From the NCBI GenBank assembly GCA_050575255.1, contig JBNZDD010013726.1, positions 9,001,408 through 9,065,407 of the forward strand: 64,000 nt of DNA, read 5' to 3'. The notes under the pieces are model-generated. The model was not told where the DNA came from. It saw nothing but the letters and a program-made list of their open reading frames with translations, and searched no databases. The position numbers and the translations under genes were made by a program. Each line of letters begins with the position of its first letter. Within the stretch, counting starts at the first letter, position 1. The stretch comes from Harriotta raleighana. Taxonomy: Eukaryota. Shown here piece by piece: positions 1 to 53,000 of this stretch.

Positions 1-916
1 TAAAACCCAAGACCTTGTGATCTTTGCAACAGGATTCCCTGAATACAATGGATTTAGCTAATGACACCATTTGCAGTACGTCATATTACGCAGTTATTTT
101 AAATCAGCAATAAATTAAATTAAAGTGGAATCAGGCTGCCAGAACAGAACAGAAATAGACATTTAAAAAAATCAACGCATTTACACACAACAAGCACGAA
201 TAAATAAAAATGTATATTAAAGTCTTGTGTACGTGACTGTTGCACATGTTGATCTTGTTTGAGTTACGTCTCAGAGGTAGCAGAAAGGAGGGAAGGAGAG
301 AATATTTTGACTATTCTGCCTATGGTAAGTTCTATGGTAAGTTGAATTTTGGCAATGTCATCAGGAAGGTTAGATGTCCCCAGGGCTGTTCCAAACTGGA
401 TTTTTCGCACTAGTTCAAGCGATGAAACATACGAACAACGGGAGATTAAGGTGTGTCATTATAGGACGGGGGAGAAAAGTGGCAAACGTGTAAAATCGCA
501 CACAAGAAATGAGTAGGATTTGCTGAAACAAAAACATGAAATGCATATATAGGCCAGCAGCAGCTGCATATCTTTTAATGGAACACAGAAAAAGATTGCA
601 ATGCAGCTCCTTTGATATGAACCTTTACTCAATAAACAAAAATATTAATTTAGTAGGAAAATTAATACTCTTTGAACTGATGCACATGATAGTTAAGGAT
701 TAAAATGTGATTTATGTCAGTAAAGTGGAGTGTGTATGTGTGTGTGTGTTTTTTTTTACACACACACATCCATAAGCCTCTTCCTTCACAATAGCATTGC
801 AGCCAAAATGAAACTGCGACTCAGACAACAGGAATTACCACCAAACTGATAAATTTCCCAATAATTGTAACAAATAAAGTACATATCGTTTAACAATCTA
901 ACTGTATATTTCTTAC

Positions 917-2409
917 CTGTTCCATATAAGGATGATTGTTTGCAAAATCCATCAAGGTTAAATGTACCTCTATGACTCGATGATCTTACTGTAGTCCAAT
1001 ATCACTCAGTTTTTCTGTGAATTCCTACAAAGGAATGCTTGGCACAACTTCTTGTCGTTTGCATCCAGATAGAAATATGAATTTGTTTCTTTTCTTCCCT
1101 CCCTATGTTCAGTGTTTGAGTGTCAAAATCAGTGTCTCTACTATTTCAAACGTTGAATTGTTCCTCTGAATGTAACTCATCATGGTCTTTTATGGAAAAC
1201 CTTTCTTTCGATTGGATTTTTGAAACGAAAACTATACGAGTGGGTCCTTTTTGGTGCTGGTCATCTTGCCTGTAATTAAGAACTTCACTGCTGCAGTTTA
1301 CCTCGTTTTTCTCTTATTGGCAATACTTTTCTAACCTTTTTGTTGCCCCACAGTTTGTGTGAAAAGCACCTCTGGTCTTTGTCGGCAATTTTCTTTACCC
1401 CTGAACAATTTTTCCAGTCTTCTGATGTTTTCACAGAGTAGAGCTTTGGGCATCACTGGAAATGATGGAATCACATGGTTCTTTCTTTGAATAATGCAAA
1501 ATGAATTTAGATCCCAAAAGCTGACTTGAATCATTCCTTACAAGCGCTCAAAAAGCCTTCCACTCAAATGCCTACGTTTGTACACGTTCTCAAATCTTTT
1601 TTTGTTGCAAATCTGATTTTTGTGCCGTCTCAGAGTCTAGCATTTTGCTTGAGATTGCATTTGTTTTAGCTGGAGAGTGTTTTGGCTGTAAAGTTACCAG
1701 TGTGAGCTGTGTAACCCACACACTATCCAATGTGTGTGAAGGGAAATGTACCTGGTTCTGATTCAGAACTCCACTGGTTTAACAAAAAGTGTTTCCTCAC
1801 TGATTCGGGAGACATCTCATCGCCAGCGTTTCACCGTCTCTGGAAATACGCCAAATTCCAGACATAAAGCATATGAAATAGAAATAAATCTGAAGTGGAT
1901 ATCATGCTTCTGTACAGAAGCGGTTGTTTTTGTCTCCTGCACAGCAGAAAAGTTTAAAGCCATTCCTTCCTTCATCCACAAACACGTTGTACAGGACTAT
2001 TCGTTCAGCCACTTTGTGGATGGATTCTTTCTTGTTTTGTGTCAATTCCTTGGAGTTTGATGTTCCAAATCCTCAAGCATTTGCTTGTCAACGATATGAT
2101 TTTGTGCTGACATAAATTCCCTTTGCGGCTGTGTTTTCCCGTAGTGGTTTTATTACATTTTTACAGAACATGTCTTCCAAAACAATGTTATGGTTCTCCA
2201 AGGTTTCTTTTGAATAATGAATTACTGCTAGGCACGGTTGCCCAGTGGCTTCTGAACCCTGAATATTCTCCATGCGTTTCATATTCTCAGAGAACTGTGA
2301 GGTTTTCTCTCATATACTTCATGTCTTGTTGCAGTATTGGGCGCTCTTGAAATAACACTGTAATTTGATCATTTAATACAGTGCCTGGTTTGCTTGCCTT
2401 CCCTGCAGC
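917..2409 (-). other. JAKMIP3: Candidate spliced 3' exon of JAKMIP3 (about 1.5 kb, 3' UTR or alternative C-terminus)
   Basis: Acceptor ctcttcacag|GCT at 2409 and strong donor CAG|gtaaga at 917; no recognisable repeats and no long ORF inside; the exon 21 donor needs a downstream acceptor. Confidence 0.55.
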
Positions 2410-3807
2410 CTGTGAAGAGCAATCTCATCTTAAATGACTGCAGAATAATTATTTATAAAGACAACAGGTCATATCACAATAGCATCACTTTCGGGCTTCT
2501 TTAAACTTGAGCTTGATTAACAACGAACTTTAAAAACGGAAGAAATGTCAGCAACAAAAACTAGCTACTTTGAAATAAGCATTGAACAGCAACTTTCATT
2601 TACTGTACTATATAAATTCCAAGGATACTAACTCAAACATTGCACAAACGTTGAGTGCAAACTCTACTTCTAGCAAAGGTATGATCACACACATTCAAAA
2701 TAAAGAAGATACCCATTTATCACTGGTGAATATCAAGTACAAGTTGCCAAAAATATACAATTCCATCTCATTAGAATAAACACTTAATAAAAATATTACT
2801 ACAGTACTACTATATTTTACAAGTTTTTACTTTTAAATGCTATCAATGCATTTAAAAAAAAATAATCCTTAGTTGAAGAGTTCCTGTGCATAACCCAGGA
2901 GACCTCTGTTTAAATGAAGAGTGAGCAAGGGACATCAGTCAGAGTGTATCCACTACAAGCTATTGATTTGTTTGCAGTCAGTGTATTTGGGAATTGATTT
3001 GAAGACCTTTTTTTTAACGCAGCCAAAACGTGGTGGGACACAAAGAACAATTACACTCAAATCAATGTCCAGTAATGGATACTCTCCGCAGAGCCAATCT
3101 TTCTTTATCAAAATGGGAGACTCCTGGGGTCTATAGAGAAGTGCTTCAATTAAGGGAAATGAAAGAAAACTCAAGCACGATTTACTCCCAAATTACGCTG
3201 CTCAGACCACTAAGTTGTTTTTTTTTTAACAGGCATGAAAAGTGCAGTATGACTTCAGCACACATTAGAGACCTCATCAAGTGCACAAATCACTCAAATC
3301 ACTATCCAGAAATATCTTCTCCTTCGCTTCCCAGTCGTGGTTATTTATTCTTTACTATATATTTATTGCAATATTTACGTGTATAAAGCTTTCGAAAGCA
3401 ACGACTGTGGGAGTTGTGAGAAACTGTACATCTGTCTCTACTTCACCAATAATTAGTCAAATAGAAAAAAAACAACCTGGAAATCATTCGGAATTTCACT
3501 AAAACTATGATTGCTTGTACATAGAAATGTCTGTCACACACTATTCAAGAACTTTTACCTTGACAGTATTGATAAATTAACAAGGCAATTATTACTAACT
3601 TCTGCACTATGTACTAAAGCGAAAGTCTTTAAACGTCATAGTTAGCACAAAGTAAATGATAAGTAGTGGAGCACTGCATCATTCAATTTGTCTTCTTTTC
3701 CCAGCCCCATTTAGTAAATTTCCCATGAAATTTCCCAATGCCCCATTCATGAAAACTATTCTGTCAAAGTAAGAAACCTTACCTTCTTTGTTGACTGCCT
3801 GGGAGTA

Positions 3808-44321
<40,514 letters not shown>

Positions 44322-44472
44322 TCATCTACATTTTCATTTTCACCTTTGAAAGAGAAATAAATATGATTGGTCCATTTGACATAGATTTGAGATTCCTTCA
44401 AAGGAGAATCTTAAACGTACCAGCAGTTCTCACTAATTGCAATACAGAAATGAATGCCCTGATATATATATA

Positions 44473-45099
44473 CAGTAAAAGCCCATTCATCCGACACCCA
44501 CAATGCCAGTTAAATGGTTTTCCTGTTGAACATTTTTAAAAAAAAATATATTTTTTAATATGAAAAATTCTTTTAACGCATACCATATAAATAATAGACT
44601 AAATAATAACAAATAATAACAATATTGTATGGGTATTTTATTGTAAATGTTTTACACTGTACCATATAAATAATAGAGTAAGTACAGTAATAACAGATAC
44701 TGTAATAACAGAATATTATATGGCTACTTTATTGTAAATGTTGAACAATACTATATAAATAATAGACTAAATAGAGTAAATACACTAATAACAGATACTA
44801 CAATAACAGAATATTGTATTAGTACTTTATTATTTATACTTAGCTTTGCAATGGCCGCCCCCATGGAGGAAAACAAAACGGCAGTATCGCGACTTTTAAA
44901 AGGAGCAGGAGCGAGTATAGACTTGACTAGCGGCCAGCCGAGTACCTACACCAGTACTCGCTTGTGACAATCGATTCATTAAATGCATCATCACTATGCT
45001 GCCGGATAACTTCCGGTTTATCGAATCGGGACTTTTTTTGAGGTTCCGGTTCAACGAGTTTTCCGGTTCAGCGAATCACGGATAAACAGGCTTTTACTA
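44473..45099. mobile_element. pogo/Tigger-like MITE copy B with internal tandem expansion
   Basis: TA-CAGTAAAAGCCCATTCATCCG ... CGGATAAACAGGCTTTTACTA-TA; shares the internal ataatagactaaa...taacagaata motif with copy A. Confidence 0.8.
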
Positions 45100-46589
45100 T
45101 AGTTTTAAAAACAGAAGCTTTTATAATAGAGTAAATTTTTCAAACACAATAAATGATTGTTTCCAAATCCACTACATTTACGTTTCCAATGCTTTGATCG
45201 CAAAGCTTCAAGGGAGAACACTTTGCAGCTTCAAATGGGTTTTATACTGTATCGTTTAATTTTAAATTTGGTTGCAATTGTCTTGTCTTTGATTTTATTT
45301 TGCAATATTCAAACTTGACATCACAGCAAAATATGATTCCTAGTCGCTATTAAACTTTAAGATTGAGTTTGAATGTGATGTCTTTGCAGTACAGTTGTGG
45401 AAATGTTGAGGTTTATATTCTTACTCAGATTGAGTTTCCTCTCTTATATTTCCTGAAATTGCTGTTCTTGCATTGTGTCAATAGCCAACGGGCAATGGCA
45501 TTCTATTGATAGTCACACTCTAATCCACTAAAAATCGATCTGTTAATTGTGCACCTTTTTCTATCCCCAGTCCCCTAACATAGAAGTAACAAATTCAAGA
45601 CGACATGACTAGTTTGATCACAATTTTGGTCTGTTTGATAATCATTACACCCTCACATTTTTCCACCGAATATGTCCAATTGCATTCAGAGTGGACAAAA
45701 GACTTAAAGCTTCTTCGGATTAGAGAGTCTTTACCATCAATGTTGGTATAAAAATGAAGTTGTCTCAAATTGACCTGTAACTGAGTTTCAAAGTTTTGCT
45801 TTCCAAAGTCTAGTATAGCATCTTATTCGAAGAACATATATAAAAACTCTCAACCTTCAACTTACCAGTCTCTCACTGGTAAATCCTTCGCACATCACGA
45901 TGCATTCAAGTGCCTTTTATGATTCCTTGAACCAATGTAAGATCATTCCTGTACACTCTTGGCAGATGCTTAGTCACACAGTAACCTTGACTGCAACACT
46001 TAATAGCTCAACTTCACTAGTTTATGGTTGATTCTGAAGGTTAAATATTGCGATGCAATAAAGAACCTAAAGAAAAACGGACAGTCAATTCCACCTAGTG
46101 CAAGTAATATCTTCCAGCTGATCTAGAAGGTACACAAATATGAATTTGACAGATATTGATAACTCAGTAGTTAGCTTCACAGATATAAAACATTTATAGT
46201 TCCTGGCACTTTTTTGACTGCTAATTTAATAATCACGGGAGATTGCAATGCTGCAATGTGCTGTGTCATTAACAAACAACAACAAAATTAAATTTCTAGA
46301 GAGCTTTGTACATTGGAAGGATGACCCAAGGCGCTGAAACAGTGACACAGTTCTGGTCCTTCAATACCAATAAGTTGCTAGGCATTTATTTTATTTATTT
46401 ATTTTATTTATATATTATATTTCCATAAAGGAGTAGGGAACAATCAATAAGTGAAGGACCCAGCATCTCACTTATACACTTGTACACACACTGGCTCATG
46501 AGCAGTGCTGCAGAGACTTGGGATCAATTTTACAAGATCACAAGATGACTTTGGATGAAGAAGATCTTTTGGTTCATTACCTCCCACCC

Positions 46590-47000
46590 AATTGACTTTG
46601 CATCACAGAATCAAGCTTTTTTTATATAAAAAAAAAGTCAGTGGCCTGGTTTGAACCCCCTTCCTGGAAATCCAATGACTAAAGCAATACTGTACTTTGA
46701 TAATTCCTGTCCTGAAATTGCCCTTTGCAACTCTAAACGTATATACACTTGTCTCACTGTCTTGGTGCAACCTAAATTGCTTTTCCAATCTCATGTAGAA
46801 TTTGATATACCTCTATTAGATTGACTCTAAGACATCTTCTTTCAAGACTAAGATTGTCTAAATCATTACTCACAGCTCATTCCTCTAACACTGCTGATCA
46901 TCTTTGTTGCTCTTTTCTGCACTGATTCTAAGGTGTAGGCCTCCCCTTATGTTGTGGTGACCAGAACTGGATACAGTACTCTAGGTGTAGCTTGTCTAAA
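46590..47000 (-). mobile_element. Old CR1 LINE fragment
   Basis: gtggtgaccagaactggatacagtactcta matches the young CR1 at 41241-41270. Confidence 0.65.
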
Positions 47001-50000
47001 GAACTACGCTGCTATCTTATCTTCTTAACTGGGGATAGGTTTGACATATTAAAGATAAAGGAGATAAATAATGTTTGAAAATGTGAACAATAATGATCTT
47101 AGTCGTGAAATAAACAGTAATGAATTGTTTCTGGAAAATCAGCCAATGGAGTCTAATGTTTGGTAAAGTACCCACTGTATTACTTTATTCATTCATAGCT
47201 CTGAATCCCATGAGTCTGTGAGTTACCTACCATTAGCTGGAAACCTGATTTTCTGCCACAACCAGAAAATCAATGGCCCGTGATTGTTATTATGAACACT
47301 TCTGTAGCGTTTCCATTATCCCACTATAATCAGTCAAAACATTCAATGGAAAATCCATCTATTGGTGAAACAGATTCTTGAACATAATTTAGTAAAATCG
47401 GATTTCTGTTAAATATATTGTATACAATTTTTCAATGGAGAAAATTAACCCAGTGCAAAACTTGCCTTTATAATTTAAGCCCTAGAGTAGAATTTACATG
47501 GCCAGCAAGCTCCTCTACCCCCTCCCAATTTACAAACGATCACTCAAATATTGATTTCTGATAGAACAAAATATGAGCTTTGTCTACAAACTTTGGAAAA
47601 ACTAGCATAAATAGCCAATGATCAACAATTTAAGATTAGAGACCAATCTAAATCTTGTTATCATAAAAATTATACATGTCAGAAAAAGACACAAGGCAAG
47701 AAAGTCAATTTTTATATAATATTTATACAAAGATGCATAAGAATTCCCACCAACTCAAATGATTCTCAGATTAATAGTTTATTTATTGGGAAACATGAAG
47801 ACTAACATTAATCAATATGAATTGTTTGTTTCACTGAAGGGCACGCAAGATATTCTCCCCAGTATTGCACAAAAAGTGTCCATTTGACTTAGCTTCCACT
47901 CCTCATAGTGCTGACAAACAATGGCGATCACAGAAGACAACACCCAATGGAGCAAGGAAACTTGTCGGGGTGAGGCGTAAGGTATTGCCCCATCTGGAAT
48001 CGAACATGGGTCCTTTCACTTGTGAGGCAAGCGTGCTAACCACTACACTACTGCACTCCACATCTTCTATTCATGTTTCATTTCAGACCATCTAGAATTT
48101 GGCAAATTCTTACAGTTTGAAACAGTTCTTCTGTAAACTCGTTTTGAGTTATATTTAGTGCTTGGTTCACTGGAGATGAAAATGCATACCAGAAAATTCA
48201 TTTTAACAATCCACCTTGTCTCCAATGTTAGAATAATACAGTGTGAAACAAACTAATTACTGTACAATATAACTAGCTTTAGTTTTTTTATTAATACACA
48301 TTTTGTAATGCTTTGAAATGCAAATCATCGGTGGTGAATTTTGGATTCAGGTTCTCTTCACAAATCTGCTCTCTTCATAGTACATGTGCTGCAGTTTTGG
48401 GCTGGGCAGAAGTTGGGATTCTGTAACAATTTACCACTCAAATTTCAGAGGGCTTTGTAGTATGTTCTTCCACCAGAACTATAACTAATCAACATTATAA
48501 CTGCTGAATTCATTCCAGGAACATTATGAATTGTACAGGTTTGTTGGTGCAGAAAATCTGCTTTGCTTATGTGTGAAGTCAATAAATGTTGCTTAAGTAT
48601 TCCAGGCTCTGACATAGCTCAAAGCATTATTGTAATGGTAAGAATCAGAAGTCATGGTCTGACAGGATGTTACAGAGGATAAAGTAGCAGCCACAAACCT
48701 GACAGCTAAGATTCCAGCATTACAGCTTGCTCCTTTGGCTAGGCATCATTACAATGGAGGAAATCACATAGCCAAAGGCGTTACACGTAACACCCACCAG
48801 AACTTATTTTTCATCTCATCATAGATCCCACCAACAACCATGAAGTGAATAATCAATTCATCTGGAGAACGGTTGCTCGGACAGGGTTCCCAAGATATCC
48901 TGACCTCTCATTCAATCTGTGAGAGCGTTCCTCGAGGCAGCAAGGCTTCCTCCCTCACAACCTCCACAAAAGGATGTCCTTCTACCTTGCACTGGAACCA
49001 TGAGAACACATCTTGCTCATACGCTACTTGGGCTTCACAAACTTCCAAGGTCCATATAGGCTTCCATAGCCTTTGCACACAATATGTCTCCAGGTTCCAT
49101 GGCCCCTAGAAATGAGTGTCAGCTTAGATGGTGAACTCAAAGTCCCGACAACTGTCTTGAACCCACTACCTTCTGACCAAGAAGCTAGAACGCCACTGAG
49201 GAAGTCAGGCTCACCCGACTACGCTAGCAGTAGAGGTAGCTATTCAACAAGTACTCAATCCAATTTTTTTTCCCCTACAATTGTGTTTTCTCCTTAAACA
49301 ACAAATCTCTTCCCGTTGCATCCTGAACTTGGAGAGAAGTTTCAGTTAAGAGTCACACAAATAGGATTTTTCTCATATAATGAAAGTGTCGAGGTTTTGA
49401 CATGTCGGTCGACATCTTGTTTATAGATTGGTTCCAGTCTAACAGCTACTTCAATTTATTTATGGTGCCTGAAATATTTTTCAGAAATACCGATAGCAGC
49501 AATATTACATTTTTTGACACGGCACTTTATGAAAAGATGTATCACATGGATTTGGGTTTAGATTGCTTCAGAATATACATTACTTTAAATGCAGTCCAGG
49601 CCGCATTCAAAATTTAAAATAAATGGCTAACTAAAGGTTTAAAATTATTCGTTATTATCTACATGATCATCAAAAGAACACAACGGTGTGAGATTATTTC
49701 TTCACCTTGTACTTTTTCATTTTAGGGTGGCAGTAAAGAATGTAGTCGAATTTTGCGGGTGGCTGAGCCAAGGGACTGTTTATAGTTGTGACACTTGGTA
49801 GAGTTGAGTTTACATCTGAATCTATCCCTTAAAACCATCTGCTACATGAATGTCAACCAATCCTGGCTGTATTTCAAGCCCAAGAAGATTAGTACAGTAC
49901 AAGTTTCACATTGTTGTCTCTTTGTTATGTGTTATAGGTTATTGGGGTTAGATAAGGTAGTCATTTCTAATGGGATTCCTGAGTAAAGAATCTGAGTGGG

Positions 50001-53000
50001 AAAGCCTTTAGTCACTGGGAGTATGTAACAGAAGCCCAAAGTAGAAACTCCACCCCAAAAATGGATTGTGTTAAAATAGCTTATTTTTTATTAACAGATT
50101 TGAGTAAAGAATGACACAATATCATTTGGTGACATTCAATGTGGAATTTTTATCATTGCAAATATGCTTCCCATTTTGAGGAATAATAAAACAAAATGAA
50201 AGCTTTGGGCAGCTATGTCATCTCCTCTCAGTTCGGAGAAAACTTATTACAATTGTTAGCAAATGTGTGTCCAGTATAATTCTACTATTCAGCAAGCTGC
50301 GTCCAACAATTCAATGACCTGCTCAGTGCATTCTTTTAGAATACAATGGTTTTTCCCATTAATCGATAATAGCACTCTACATTCAAAAAGGTTTTAAAAA
50401 CCACAGCCCGATGACATAAGATGGGTTTCTTCAAATTTCCATGATAAATGTTTTGCCCCAAAGGTTTTCCTTAACAGCCGACTCTGCAATATATCCTTTC
50501 CAAAATGCCTAGATCCAAACTAAATCTTACTGCATGGTAATTCTTTTCACGCAGACACACACAAAATGATTTACGATTATGTCAACACGGCCTTTCGAGA
50601 ACAGGGATTAGAACGGAGTCAACAGCCTCTGGTTCCCTGTGGGATTAGCAGATTGCTTGGGTGCCGAATCAAAACAGCTCTCCTTTCATTAGTTAAGGTT
50701 TCTATCCACAGAAATGGCAATGACCATACATAGCATTTCCACTTAAGTCACTGTTCTCCTTGCCTTCAAAACCACACAAATCAAAATATAATTTCATAAG
50801 TCGCACTTTATTTTCCACCGGTCTATTGTGCTGTGACTGGGGTTAATGTGGCAAAGGCAAATAAATGACTGCCACTTATATTTCCCCCACAGTTGTTATT
50901 GAATGTCAAAGATATTCCATTTTCTAGCGTTGACATTCATAACCTCAGTGAGGACACAGAAATGCAAGTACTGTACTGTAATAGGGAACATGGGAGAAAT
51001 TAAATAATATCAAAAATAATCTTTCGAGAAAACTCGGAATCTTTTCATACACAGATAAAAAAAATTGTTTGGTGTAAAATGCAAAATGTCACATTTTCCT
51101 TAGACAAACATTTTTGTACAATCATTCAATCACAAGGAATTTGGTCATCCCAGTTTACATAAGAAGGTGCAATTTATTTGAGAGTGCCTTAAACTAAGCC
51201 TAATTGCTTTGAGTTTTAAGTTTAAAAAGTCAATATTTTGTTAAACTAAACAGAAATGAACGAATGTGCTGTTAGAATAACTCCAGGGCTGTAACTACAG
51301 TTTCAGTCAAAGGTGGTATTTTCACAAGATTTGACCAACGAGCTATTAATACAATGAGAAAATAAGAAAATTGCAAATATTTATCATAGTAAAATTGACA
51401 ATACAGATTTGCAAATCTTGCTGAAGCAAAGGAAAACTTTCGGAAGCAATATACTGTAAAATAAATGTAGTAGCGCAACAATATCAATGACTGTATTTCA
51501 GATTTCCACTGATTAGTTAATCAGTAACAAGAGGACATAAATTGAAGAATATCATCAGGAGAATAAAGGGGAGAATGACAAGATTTTCTTTTTTACATTT
51601 AAAAAAAACAATATAGAATACCTTGTCAAACCTTGTTGTAAGAAAGGTTTTCCAGCGTTAGTAAAGCAACCAGCGCTTGAGGAAAAGTGTCATCTGTTCC
51701 TTTTGCACATACTGTAGTGGAGGGAGATTTACAAAATGTCATGCACTGCTACAAGCCATCCTTTCCACCACTATGATCAAACGGAGAAATGTAACAGGCA
51801 CTTCTTAATGGAGGTTAGTATATGCCAAAGGGTGTTGAGAGAACCGGTAATTTCATGAAAGTGCAGCTGAGCCACTTATTTTGCACAATTTTGCACAAAA
51901 GATACCAAATTGAGGGAAATGGTCAATCTAAGTGCTGTATTGCTTATCAGTCCTGTTCATTGTTACATCCTATGTAACAGTCTAGGCCAGGGAAACCCAT
52001 TTTGTCACCCATTACTGTATCCTTCATGTATCTCTCACTAAGTAATATTTTTAGTTGACAAGAGCATTTTGAAATCCTTTGTAATTTCACGTTCCATCAT
52101 CTATTGTGGAATGCCTATCACCTTTTTTAAATTAAAAAAATGGATATAAGAGACCCCTGGATTTCTTACGTTTTCGTTAAAGTTTAAACAGGGGGGAAAA
52201 AAAACACACCTGAATCTAAATGTTACAAACGCTTAATAATTCCTCCAACAAGTCTCTCCTCATTCTTCTCTGTTTGAGAAGAGCAGCTAATCTTTCCTCC
52301 AGCAAAGCCCATTACTCTGGACCATTGACCCTGACTAGCCATACTTATGCTAATCTTTGCATTTGATAGTTATTCGTCATGTTGCCGAGACATTTCAAAC
52401 AGCTTCATAGGATTTTTCTATAATTGTGAAATATAGTGACTGCGTCTTTGTAAGCACACTTGTGAACCCACAAAATATAGTCAATTTACTCTGCAATATA
52501 TTCTGTGAAGCACTTTGAGACATCTCAAAGATGTAATAAAGTACTATATTAAATCCAAGGATCTTTATTATCATAACCAATTTGCACACAGAAACGTCCC
52601 TGAAACAGCAATGAAATAAATATGACCTTTTTTTCTTGAAATGCTGACAATCCTTGCAATAAAAAGGAAAGAATTTCAAATTCTTTGCTTTATATGGCTC
52701 CTCTGTTAAGGAGTACACCATAAAAATCATTGTTCGACTGAATTCCTTGTTGTAATAAAGGCAGATTTCATAATTTTCAAATTTATGGCCACAGAAATTC
52801 TCAAAGCATCATTTTTTCCATAAGACCTTTACAATACAAATGCAGATTTACGAAAGTGCCTTTCACGTTGGGGCAATGGCCCAAGGGGCTTAACAATTCT
52901 GGTTTGTCTCGAAGAGATAAAGAAGGAAATATACCCATCGATATGGCTTTTATTCTGCTGAGAAATACTGCAGTTGCTACGGCAGTATTTAAACAATAAT

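Noticed and set aside
917-2282. Coding-looking stretch with short ORFs (1331-1534, 1746-2060, 2088-2282) suggesting a separate gene or pseudogene
   Set aside because: Frames I translated are repeatedly interrupted by stops and resemble no protein I recognise; better explained as JAKMIP3 3' UTR.
44580-44830. Recurrent AT-rich units that might be read as a CRISPR-like array
   Set aside because: Imperfect head-to-tail repeats inside a TIR element, without unique spacers or cas genes, in a vertebrate intron.
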